Program-made: the position numbers and the translations under genes | The notes under the pieces: generated by a model | Seen by the model: the letters and a program-made list of their open reading frames with translations, nothing else | What the model was told of the DNA's origin: nothing | Database searches by the model: none | Part shown: positions 30,501-42,698 of the stretch, piece by piece | Numbering within the stretch: position 1 is the stretch's first letter | Layout: each line of letters opens with the position of its first letter | Assembly (NCBI GenBank): GCA_002104945.1 | Contig: MCFH01000008.1 | Span: forward strand, 1,054,001 to 1,118,000 | DNA: 64,000 bases | Reading direction: 5' to 3' | Origin: Piromyces finnis finn | Lineage: Eukaryota; Fungi; Neocallimastigomycota

Positions 30501-33134
30501 AAACAAAAAAATGGAAATTCTTTTGGTTTTATTATATATATTATATATTAGATATGGATATTGATTAATTAAAAATGAAATAAAAAGTATTATAAGGATA
30601 AAAACATATAATCAAATTTTGCAGAGTTTAGTAAAGATAAAAAATATTATTATCATGTATAATTAATGAAACTAGTATAATGTTTTGATTACAAAGAATA
30701 CCTATAAAATACGAATAAATATAAAGAAATATAGCATCATTTAATAAAAATAATATTTATTTAGTATATTCTTTTTAAAAGAAGAAATATAAAAAAGTTT
30801 TTAAAATATTGTTACTAATTAGCATTAAAAAGATGCTATAAATTAATTTTTATTTTAATAACAACAAATAAAAGTATAAAAAAAATTAAATAATTAAAAA
30901 TTTTAAACTAACCATTTATTTATTTATTTTTTAATTTCTCCTATTTTTTTTTTTTTTTGGATAAATCTCATAAATAAAAAAAAATACTTTTGTGTATGTA
31001 CCACCACATCAGCAAGGGAAATTAAAACGATTGCCAAAAAAAAAAAGAAAGAAAAACCCAATAAATTGATAAAATGAATATTTTTAAATAGAATTAAAAA
31101 AAATATTAATAATCCATAAAATTGATTTATAAAATATATGAACAACAGGAACAATTTATTTTATAAATGATTCTTAAATATAACTCTACATAATTTTTAA
31201 ATATAATCATCATTAAATTAGCTTTTATTTATATCATACATTATTTAAAATACTCAATAGATCATTTAAATTTAATATTATATTATCTATTAATAATCCA
31301 TTTTTTAATGACGAGTTAAAAAAATACAAAACTATAAATATTTTTATTATCATACATCTATGTGTACAAACACTTTTTCAAATCTTTTTCATTTAGATTT
31401 ATAAAAAAATTAAATAGTAATTAGTAATTAGTCATTTCCATAGGAATATCAGTAAATTTCTGAAAGTATTTATTTCATGAAAAAGAAAACTTTTCAAAAG
31501 TTATCAATCCTTTTCTATCATCTTTAAAATAAATAAAATACTATTATTGATTAAATATATCCATTAACTTTCCAACAATAATTCAATAAATTATACTACA
31601 TCTTTTAATATAATAATTACATAAATTGTTTTATTCGATTATTTCATTTTGTTTTTATCTATACTATTCATAAACAGAATAGTGAATAGTCGCTAAAAGT
31701 AGCTAAAAGTAGCATTCATCACTCTCTCTAGTTAAACCATCATTAGTTCAATAATTATTTTTATGAGGAATTTCTATTCTTGCATTTCCCTTTTTTCTAT
31801 ATACAATAATTTTCTATCAATCATAGTTTTAGCTAGGTACAGAATAGATAAAATAACAATAGAAAATAATACAAATAATACACAAACACAATTCTATATT
31901 AATAATAAAATTAAAGGGGTTTTCTATAATAAATAATAAAAAAAAATATCTCACTTTCAAAATAATAATAAAAAAACATTTAAAATAATGTTTTATAATT
32001 ATTAATAACCAATAAGTCTTACTATTATAAAAATAAAACGTATCTTCTCAACTCATTCAAAACTATTCTTTATTAATAAACTTAAATTAGAATTTAAAAA
32101 AAAAAAACTCTTTTTTTTGAAAACTTTTTGTTTATTTTTTTTCACCAAAATTAATATATACAACGTGTGTAACCTAAAAAAAAAGAAAATCTAAAAAAAG
32201 AAATTTTTATATTAAATACAAAAAAAAATTTAGAAAAGTACAAAAAAAAGAAATATTATTATTTAAACAAACTTTAAAAATATAAATTATAATATAAAAA
32301 TATAATCATTAGTATTTAGTACAAAAAAGAATAGAAAAACATCCTCTATTTAAAAAAAGGTCAATTTTTATTGAGAACTTTTTAAACTTTTGACACAAAA
32401 AATAAAAAAGTCTAAGAAAAAAAATTCTAAAACATTTAACCAATAAATTTTGATAAAAATAAAAATTTAAAATTCAATTCGGAATTGAAATTAAAATTAT
32501 AATAAATAAGGTTTGATGTATGAAAATCTTTACTACCTATCAACTTAAAAATCATATAAAATAAAGTTAATATTTTACTATAAAATTACACTATTCAAAA
32601 TAATATATTGTAAAGTGACATTTTATAATATATTAAATTATTCTAAAACTAACACAAAAATTCCATGCCAAAGTTTAAATTTCAATTTTTATATTAAAAA
32701 ATAAAAAACAAAAAAATACAAAAAAATACTAAAAAAATCACTTGACATTTACGAGAGGTAGCAAGAACAGCACCACACAACTATTGTGGTTATCCTAGCC
32801 TAGAAAAGTTATTTTTTATTGTAGATATCCATCCTATTGACATATTACTATAATAATAATTAATTAATTGCTATAGTTTAAAATAATAATTGTACTAGTT
32901 AGGTTTTTAATAAAAAAAAAAACCTCTTTTTTTTAATATATACATGTCACAAAAAAAGAAAAAAATACATTCACTATTGATTATAGAAAAATAACAAAAA
33001 AATTAAACATTATACCTATTTATTATTATTTTTATTATTATTACACCTGTTAAAGCAATACTAGTAATCATTCATTGTATTCATCTTATATCACTTTTGA
33101 AATAATAAATATAAACTCATTAAAGAAAAAAAAA

Positions 33135-36100
33135 ATGAAACATAATAATACTTCATTGAATACAGAATCTATTAGAAATGAAAGAACTGGTGTAATAATT
33201 AACGAAGAAAATAATAGTATCTCTGAAAATGAAAATGAGGTTGAGGAAAGTACGAATGAAAATGGGAATGAAATAAATAAAGATACTACCAATGAAAGTG
33301 AAGATGAAAATAATGAAGATGAAAAATTAATTAAACAACAAAAAGGTAAATATATATATATATATTTTTTATACAAATAAATATAAATTGTTTCGCATTA
33401 TTAGAATAATTGTAAAAAAATATTTCAATAATCGTGTTAATAACAGTTGTTTATTTAAAAAAAAAAAAGTAACAACCACCACACAACACTTTTTGAATAA
33501 ACTATTTGAATACATTTGATCATTTAATGTAACATTTTTATTTCTTGGTAGATTATCATCATAATAAATAGTCAATATATTATGCAATATATTAACAAAA
33601 GTTTTTTAAAAAAGGTTTTATTATCTATTAAATATATTTCAATATATAATTTAATTAATTTATGAATATATCAATTTATATTAAAAAGAATTTTATTAAA
33701 ATATAAAAATTTAAAAAAAAATATATAAATAATTTAATTTTGTACCAAAATTCAACTTTTTTTAATATTTAACAAAAAAAAGAAATGTAAAAGGTTTAAA
33801 GAGGAATCAACCTTCACAATAATAAAAATAAAAAAGAATAATTTAAAAACAGAAAAAAAAATAATGAATTAATTATTTCTATAAATGCTAGTTATTTAAT
33901 AATATTATTAAAAGCATATTTATACATTGTTAATTTATTATATTTTTTATATAATATAATTTATAAAAAAAAAAAAAAAAATGAAAAATTACATATAAAT
34001 ATATAAATATCCATTTTAAAATAATATAATAAAATCTTGTCATAACAATTAAAATTTAAAACCATTTCAACAATAAAACCAAAAAAAAAAACATACGTAT
34101 AAAATAAAATAAATAATTTATTAAAACATAAATAATTAAAAAAAAAATAGAGAAAAAAAAAAAAGATAAGAAGAAAAGTAAAGAACCTCAATCCATTCAA
34201 ATAAAAAAGTATACAGTTTTTTTGGTAAGTGTATAATAGTATAATTATAAAATATAAATATAATAATTTCAATTAAAAAAATTATAAAACTCTATGATAA
34301 TGGAAGTATATAATAATAAAAAAAAAAGAGTAATAAAACAATTGAAAGATAATAAATAAAAATATATACAAACTTATCAATTAATTACTTCCAATGATAC
34401 TATCTTAATAATTAATACTTATTAGTAAAAAAATAAAAAGAAAAAAAGATTATTTATTACCTTTCAAAAAAATAATATATAATTTTTATGTAAAATAAAA
34501 TTTTAGTAAAATAGTATTTTTAAATAAAATGGAATAAATTTTCTTTATCATAATAAAAATAAAATTATTAATGAAAAATAGAATAAGAGTATTAATAAAA
34601 AAAAAAGGATTTACTAATGTTTATTACTAAATTTTTTGATTTTACAATTAATTCTTTATTACACTCAAAAAAATCAATGAAAAAAATAATAATAGTTAAT
34701 ACTGCACTATCTCTGGCATTTACTAATATTGGTACTAGGATATTATATGAATTGGATTAGTTTACTATTCTATTGGGAACTGCCTTTATGTAAGTTTCAA
34801 TACATGTTATATTCTTTTATATATAAATTATATTATTTAATAATAAACTTTCTTAAAAAATCATTATATATAGATATCTTTTTATCTTTTTCAGATGTAC
34901 TTTTGGAAATGCTTTTTAATAGTCCAAACAAAGTTTCACCTATTCCACTTTATAATAGTTTGATTCCTTATACTTTTTTTTTAATATTATCAAGAGAGAA
35001 GCATCAATTGTATAATATATTGTGGTTTATCTCTATTACAATAATATATTCTCAAAAAACCATGAAAAATCTTTTACTTCATTTGTTTATTTTTACATTG
35101 CTTTTTTCAGGTATATAATAAATATATAATTACAAGAAACTAAATTAATAATAATAAAAAAGAAAAATGATAATTTTACTTTTTAAACCAAAATAGAATA
35201 TTCATCTTTACCTTTCAAAATTAAAAGAATTAATTATTTTAGTGTTAATAGTGAAATCTTAATAAAATTAATAATGATGATAATAATGATGAAATCCTTT
35301 TTACCACTAAAATCATTTTTCAAACCTTCACAACTCATAAAAAAAATTTTTATTTTCTAATTAGCATTTTATTTTATATAATTTTATATAGCAATTTATG
35401 TTATCTATATTTGTGTAATTAATCAAGTCGTTTATAAAGATATTGCTATAGCCTCAATTGTTTGGCTTGCAAAAATAAAACCAAAAAATTATCAAATATT
35501 TGATAAGAAAATTTATAATATTCTTTTAGAATCTAGTTTTTCATTAATTTATATTATAATTATTTTAGCTATCATTTGTACGCTAAAATATAGCTCAAAT
35601 AATTATAAGAAAAAAATAGAACTAAAAGAACATATATTATACCTCATAAAAGAAAATAAAAAATTAAACGAAATTCAAAAGTAAGTTATTAGTTTTTTTT
35701 TTTTTTATCATCATCATCATCGCAATAATAATCTTTAATTCATTTTATATTTTGAAATTCAATGATATTTATACAATCATTAGAAAAAAATTATATAAAA
35801 ACTTGGATCAAGATCAATTTTTATATAAAGTTATTTCAATATTAGATAATATAAAAAAAAAGAATAGTAAGTAATCATACTATACGCTTAAAAAATATTC
35901 AATTATAAAATCTATATATTAATTTTAATATATTTGTTTTTATATTTATTCTTTAATAATAGTATATAATCAATCATTAGTTAACGATATTGATAATTCA
36001 ATTTTTTTAATACTCTCAAATAAAAATATTTTTGAAAACTTTGATATAGAAGAAAATATCCTTTATATTATATTAATAATAATTTAAATATTTACCTTTT

Positions 36101-36776
36101 TTTTTTTTTTGGCTAGTAATTATATTTATTATTATCCTTAATGGTAATTTCGTTTTTTCTTTTAAAAATATCCACATAATAATATAGAAATATATAGATA
36201 TTTAAATGTTATTACAGAATACGACTCTGTTTATTCTTTTTCAACAATAAAAGATGAAGAAGACATGGAGAAAAAAAATAAAGATATGAATAAAAAAAAT
36301 AACAGCAATTTTGAATTTCCATTATTTAGAAACCCTAGTATTAACATTTATGAAATTGAAGAACATTTAAAAACTTGGATGGATTTCAATTTTGATATAT
36401 TTAAACTTTCCAATATAACAAATTGCCAACCAATTTTTTATTTAGGAAAGCATATTTTTGATCAACATAATTTTAATAAACATTTTAATATTAAACTATC
36501 GACATTAGAATCCTTCTTAACAACAATGGAAAATCAATATCATATGGTATATATATCGCCCCTCTTTTTTTTTTTTATATTCATTATTGATATTTTATTT
36601 TCAATTCACAATTAAAATTATAAAATAATAAATAGTATAATTGAAAAAATATTAACAATAATAATAATAATAATACTAACAATAATAATAATAATAATAC
36701 TAACAATAATAATAATAATAATACTAACAATAATAATAATAATAATACTAACAATAATAATAATAATAATACTAAC

Positions 36777-36819
<43 letters not shown>

Positions 36820-38138
36820 TATGGAAACCCCTTTTCCTAAATATATCATTTAAAACAATAATAATTTTATTAGGCATTACCTTACCATAATAATATACAT
36901 GCAGCGGATGTACTACATGCTATGAATTATTTCATTTCACATCCAGTACTAGATAATTTATTAACTATTGAAGAAAAATTTGCATGCATTATTTCTGCAA
37001 TCATTCATGATATTGATCATCCTGGTATAAATAATTCCTATGAAATAAAACATTCTGAACCACTATCTGTTATCTATAATAATAAATCGGTAGTGATATA
37101 TTTTTTTATATATTATTATAAAACGTCAATGATGTTTTTTTTTTTATAATAATAATAATAATTAATAATATAATTTTATCCTTTGAAAATCTAAATTATA
37201 GGTCTTAGAAAATCATCATTGTGCATTAGCATTTAAAATACTACATGAATATATAAATTGTAATATTTTAAAAAATGTCACTAAATCCCAGTATACCTAT
37301 ATAAGGTCATTAATTATAGCAATGGTTCTTGCAACAGATATGGCTTGTCATAAACAATTTGTAGATGAATTCACTGAAAAATTAAAAAATCAAAGTAAGT
37401 ATTATTATAGAGATTATTATTCATTGTTGCTAGAAAAAAAAAATAAAGAATTGAAAAAATAAAATTTAATATATTTTTACAAAAAAAAAAAAAAAAAAGA
37501 AAAATTTATACTAATTTTTTTTCTTTCTTTTCTTCGATTTCTTATATAAAATGAATAGCTTTTAATATTGAAGATAGTAAAGATAGAAAATTACTATTAT
37601 GCATATTAATTAAATGTGCAGATATTTCTAACCCAACCAAGATTAATAAAATATCAGTACAATGGAGTAATCGTTTATTTAAAGAAAACTTAATACTGGT
37701 TAGTAAATAAAGTTTAATATATAAAATAAATTATAGAAAGAAAATAAAGTACTAATTTGATTACAATTGTTTATTTCATAAAAAAAAAAATAGAGTGTTA
37801 ATGAGAAAAAACATCAAAATTATAATTTATCACCACTACTAAAAAATAACTGTACATCAAAAAGTGAAAATCAGACAAGTTTTATCAAAATATTTGTGAA
37901 ACCTATTTATCAATTATTAGGATCATTTTTAGAAATAGATGATTTTATTGCCATAAGACAATTAGAAGAAAATTATAATTTCTGGGAAGAGTAAGTATTT
38001 TTACCTAAATAGTATTTTTTTTTTTAAAAAAAAGTCAATATTATTAATTTTCAATTCTTTATATTTTTTTATATATATGTATAATTTTTTTTTTATTATT
38101 ATCCATATGAACTAATTTTTACTAGGTATAATGGATAA
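33135..38138 (+). CDS. Multi-pass membrane class I (HD-type) 3',5'-cyclic nucleotide phosphodiesterase, ~736 aa, 13 exons: 33135-33345, 34151-34224, 34696-34789, 34874-35110, 35392-35680, 35784-35866, 35963-36055, 36176-36546, 36874-37089, 37202-37394, 37559-37698, 37794-37990, 38126-38138
   Basis: Catalytic motifs PYHNNIHAADV, IIHDIDHPG, SVLENHH, LATDM, KCADISNP, NQTSFI; hydrophobic helices in exons 2-5; all 12 junction phases agree and exon lengths sum to 2211 nt. The catalytic domain is secure; attachment of exons 1-2 rests on phase matching only. Confidence 0.85.
36056..36175 (+). other. AT-AC (U12-type, minor spliceosome) intron in the PDE gene, 120 nt
   Basis: 5' end ATATCCTTT (U12 consensus RTATCCTTT); TCCTTAAT at 36135-36142 (U12 branch consensus TCCTTAAC); ends CCAC at the first AC after the branch site; removal restores the frame (DIEE-N-NNIEIYRYL). 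Confidence 0.82.
36655..36818. repeat. Compound (AAT)n repeat with a 24-bp higher-order unit containing TACTAAC, 5 copies, in a PDE intron
   Basis: tactaac at 36674, 36698, 36722, 36746, 36770. Confidence 0.9.
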
Positions 38139-39074
38139 ATTTTTAGCTAATAAGGATTAAAGAGAAAGAAAGGGGAAAATGTTTTTATATTTTTTTTTTT
38201 TAAAAAAAAAAAGTTTTTATATAATATTTACATAAATAATTACTATTTATATATATATATATTTATACATATTTTTTTTTTATTCTATTTCATAATTTTA
38301 AAGTTTTAAAAGTGATAGTAACATAATAAAACTTATATACCATTTTTTTTTTTGTTTGTTAATTATTTATATTAATTTTTTTTTTTTTTTTAAAAATTAT
38401 TAAATTTTTTAAACCTATATAGGTTTATCCTTTATGATGTTAAATAGTATTATACCTTTTTCAATATACATATATATTTTTTAGAATTTTATAAAATGTT
38501 TTTTTTTTTTAAAAAAATAAAAAAGCACACCAAAATATATGTATATATATTATATATATATATTATTAAAAAAAAAACTTTACTGTTAAAATAAAACGTA
38601 AAAATGTATAAATAAATAAAAAATAAAATAAAAATAAAATCAATAAAATAAAAAAATTCTCTATTTAAATGATACTAAATCTATGTTAAAGAATAATAAA
38701 AAATAATAATACAAATAAGTATAATTTGCTATTTTTTTTTTTTTTTAATTATTATTTTCATGAAATTTAATCAATTTTAGAAAAAAAAATATTTCGATAG
38801 ATCAATATAAAAAACTAATTACTAAAAAAAAAAAAAAAATTGAAATAGGTAGATATTTTAATAATAATTTAATCGTTTGATAGTTAGGAATATTGAAGGA
38901 GAATGATAAAATAAATTGAAATAGTTTAAATATTTATAAAAGTATCTTTTGAAATAATATGGAAATAAATATAAATAATAATAGGAAAAATAAAAAAGAT
39001 ATATACAGATAATCATCCTTTTTAAAACTATAGAGTTTAATTTAGAATAGATATATATAAACTATACAATAAAA

Positions 39075-40065
39075 TTAATAGGCATAAATTGGAATATCAA
39101 CATCCTCTGAATATTCCATATACATTGGTTGTTGAACATATTCTATATATTGTTCTTTTACTTCTTTTGCCTTTTCTTCACGATCTTTTTTAATAAGTAG
39201 AAGAATTAATACAAAACCAATAAAAAAACCTGAAGAAACAACAATAACAGAAGTTCGAGTTGACACTGTATTTCCATTTTTCTTGTTATTATTCTTTTTT
39301 GAACAACTATTGTTATTTTTATCACAATATAAAGAAGGAATACATTCAGAATCCTTTTCACATTTTTCTCCTTCCATTTTTCCACAAACCCCATTGTCCG
39401 ATTGACAAATGTTAAGAGCAGCAAGTTCAATTTCCATTTGACATTGATTTGAAATACAACGGTGGGAAGGACAATCTTCATTTGTGGTACAATTTAAAAT
39501 TAATTTTTTTTCTTGTGGAATAATAGTATCTTTTAAAATTGGTTCCTTTTCTTTTTTTAATGCTTCATGAAAAATAGGAATTTCACAGTATCCTGAAACG
39601 CATTTATTTGAAGGACATTCTTCATTTGTAGTGCATTGGATGAAACTACTTGTCATGGTAGGTGTAGCAGTAACTGTGCTAGTAACAGTGGTAGCACTAT
39701 TTATTTTTGTTGGGAATTCGTTTAGAGTATCATTTTTCAAAGAATGATTTTCATAAAGATGGTCAGGATAAATACAATAGGATACACCGTCAATAGCATT
39801 TTTCCTACAATCTATAGCTCCTTCAGAACAATCCAATAGGGTTTGACATTCTCTTTTTATAATTAAATATAAAAATTAATATCTTATTTATTGATAATAT
39901 GGATATATATATATATATATTTTATTATATAAACTATAAATTATTAATAAAAATATAAATTTACTTGTTTTGAGTAGTTGAAATTTGGCTTTGACCAAAA
40001 GCAATATTACAATTTAACCAAAATAAAGTAGTTTTTAATAAAGTACTAGTTTGTAATTTAACCAT
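39075..40065 (-). CDS. Cys-rich type I membrane/surface protein, paralogue 1; exons 40065-39965, 39852-39075
   Basis: Signal-like MVKLQTSTLLKTTLFWLNCNIAFG; repeated CTTNEECPSNKCVSGYC / CTTNEDCPSHRCISNQC / CEKDSECIPSLYC modules; Thr-rich linker; C-terminal TM VIVVSSGFFIGFVLILLLI followed by KKDR. Confidence 0.85.
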
Positions 40066-40900
40066 TTTTTTTTCTCTTTCAAGTCTATTTTATGTTGGTA
40101 ATTATAGTATTTGATAATTTTTTATTATTATTTTTATTATTAATAATATCTTCTTTTTTGTTTTTGTTTTCAATAACTTGTGATAACTTTTAAAAAAATA
40201 TTATTATTTTTTAAAATTGAAATTATATTTTTATTATTATTGTTGGTATTGTTGTTGTTGTTGTTGTTGTTGTTGTTATTTTAATAAATATTAAATAAAA
40301 TAATATTTATTTTTTTCTTTTCTTTTTCGTTTTTTTTTTTAAAAAAAGTTCAATTTTTTTTTTCTTTCAAAAAACAAAAAATTTTGGGATTTTCTTGATT
40401 ATTTATATGAAAATCTTCTTTTTTTTTTTTTTTTTCCAAATTAAGGTTTATTTTCATTTAATTAAATAGAAATTTTTGAAAAAATCTTTTTTTTTTAATT
40501 TAATTTTATTTTAACTGCCAGGCCAGAAAATTCTTTTGATATTTTAGAAATATTAATGAATGAATAATTATTAAAATAAATAAATTTGATGTGATCCCCA
40601 TTAAAAAAAAAAATTAAGCAGTGCCATATGAACATAGGAATTTTTGGCTACCCTTTTTTTTTTAAGGGTATAAAAAATTATTGAGAATATTATTTTAATT
40701 TATTATAATAATAGCTATTCTATTAAAAGTAGTTGCTAACGTGAATAAAGGATCATTTAAAAATTAGTCCCTCATTTCCTTATATCTTATAAATGCTTAC
40801 TAAAATTCTAGAAGAAATCGAAATTCTGACTATTTAAATTAAAAATATTTGTCGTTCATCTATTAATTATTCTATCGTTTTTCTATATTAATATTATTTA

Positions 40901-40952
40901 TTTATTTATTTACTTATTTACTTATTATTATTATTATTACTATTATTATTTC

Positions 40953-40988
<36 letters not shown>

Positions 40989-41032
40989 CTTACTTAATTA
41001 ATTAGTTAGTTATGTAGGTAGATAGGTAGATA
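40901..41032. repeat. Compound microsatellite (TTTA/CTTA/ATT/GTTA/GGTA units)
   Basis: Direct reading. Confidence 0.75.
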
Positions 41033-41544
41033 TTCCTTTCCTTAGTTTATCAATAAAATAATAAAGTAAAAAATAAATTTCTTTTTCATTACTCTTTTCA
41101 AATAAACATATATCTTCAAAATGAAAATGTTAGAAGATAGAAGAAAATTCCTTTTTTTCTTCAAAAAAAAAACATATCATCAATTTTCTAATTATAATTA
41201 TATATTTTTTATCTCAACAAACATATTATAAATTATGTTTTCTTTTTAAATAACAAACTTAAATTTACAAGAATGACACTTTTAACACACTTTAAAAAAT
41301 TAAACAAAAAAAAAAGGTTTAACTTTTTTTATATACTTGGGAATTTTATTATATCAAAATTTAAAAAAAAATTAATATTTTTATATTAATTTTTATTTTT
41401 TATTTTATCTTTTAATATTTTGTAATAAACAATTGTTTGTTCTATCGATATTAAAGTTTTTTTCAAATTATAAATTAATGGATTCGCATTAGAACTACTT
41501 TTTTTTTTATTATTTTTATGAAAACGAAAAAAAATAATTTTAAA

Positions 41545-42300
41545 TTATACAAAAGCAGGTACAACTATAATAGTAGTAGCAACTTTTTTTTCTTTTTCTG
41601 ATAGTATATCGTACATACCTGGATTTTCTATAGTATCTTCAACATGCTTAGAACAAGCGATAACAAAAACAACAATGACAAATATTATAACAACTATACC
41701 AATACCAATACAAATATATAATGTAGTTTTGTTTGATTTTTCTGGTTGATTGTTGTTATCCAAAGCCTTCTTATCAATACATGTCATTGTAGGAGTATCA
41801 CAAGTAGATGAAAGACATTCATTATCACTAGTACATTTTTCACCAATTAATTTACCACATTGATATTTAGTATTTTCGATACTACAAAATGAAAAAGTGG
41901 AATTATTATTAATAGAACATTGACCATTTATACATTGATTTTGAGAGCATTCCTTTCCCGAACAATTAATAGTTATGTTATTATTTTGTTCAAGTAAACT
42001 ATCTTTATTAATACTATTATTCTTTACAAGGTAACAAGTTTGAGCGTCAGTACAAAGGTATTCTGGATAAACACAAGAGGAATTAATTCCATTACTATCC
42101 TTTCTACATTCCAATGCTTCTTTTGAACAATCTGTAAGAGTCTCGCACAATGTTTTAATTGATAAACTTGTTATTTTATCTTGAGTATAATTTTGGGCAA
42201 GCGTTAAATCTGAAAGATTAATAATAGTTTCTCCATAAACTAAACTACATAAAATGAAAATAATACTTGATTTTACAAAATTATTTAATACAGAATTCAT
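41545..42300 (-). CDS. Cys-rich type I membrane/surface protein, paralogue 2, single exon, 251 aa
   Basis: Signal MNSVLNNFVKSSIIFILCSLVYG; CETLTDCSKEALECRK..SCVYPEYLC aligns with paralogue 1 CQTLLDCSEGAIDCRK..YCIYPDHL; CGKLIGEKCTSDNECLSSTC; TM LYICIGIGIVVIIFVIVVFVIA. Confidence 0.87.
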   Translation of the reverse strand: MNSVLNNFVKSSIIFILCSLVYGETIINLSDLTLAQNYTQDKITSLSIKTLCETLTDCSKEALECRKDSNGINSSCVYPEYLCTDAQTCYLVKNNSINKDSLLEQNNNITINCSGKECSQNQCINGQCSINNNSTFSFCSIENTKYQCGKLIGEKCTSDNECLSSTCDTPTMTCIDKKALDNNNQPEKSNKTTLYICIGIGIVVIIFVIVVFVIACSKHVEDTIENPGMYDILSEKEKKVATTIIVVPAFV

Positions 42301-42607
42301 TTTTTATTTTCTTTTAGTAATAATAAATTTAAATCTATGTATTTAATGATATAACTATTTAATGTTTATTAACACTTAAAAATAATATTTAAATATATAA
42401 TTGATATTGTTTTTTTACTTTTTTACTTTTATTTTTTGATAATTTATTTTTTAATTTTTATATAATATCTAAACTATTATTAGGTATATTATATATTTGT
42501 ATGTTTATTGTTGTTTTAAGTATTTACTTTTTATTTATGTTTATAATAATATTCTTATTTTTTTTTAATTCTAATAATAATACTATTAATTATTTTTGAA
42601 TATCTTC

Positions 42608-42698
42608 TTTTTTTTTTATTGTTATATTATTTAAATGTTTTGTTTTAATAACTTTTTTTTTTTTATTGTTATATTATTTAAATGTTTTGTTTTAATAA
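42608..42698. repeat. Two-copy tandem duplication, period ~47 bp, upstream of paralogue 2
   Basis: attgttatattatttaaatgttttgttttaataa begins at both 42618 and 42665. Confidence 0.85.

Noticed and set aside
27600-33000. Short hydrophobic ORFs (29703-29888, 30924-31154) and possible transposon remnants in the intergenic desert
   Set aside because: Phe/Ile/Lys-rich translations typical of random AT-rich DNA; no transposase, RT, LTR or TIR seen
33086-33376. Ser/Phe-rich minus-strand ORF
   Set aside because: Shadow of the Glu/Asn-rich PDE exon 1
35352-35364. Upstream acceptor (ctaattag) for PDE exon 5
   Set aside because: Gives an in-frame TAA within five codons; the TAG at 35389-35391 is in frame
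36111-36143. Possible GT-AG mini-exon (ctag|TAATT...AATG|gtaatt) as an alternative to the AT-AC intron
   Set aside because: It would still need a donor for exon 7; the only GT (35981, gttaac) is weak and phase 0, giving an immediate TAA
36584-36877. Poly-Leu minus-strand ORF
   Set aside because: Antisense reading of the intronic (AAT)n/TACTAAC repeat
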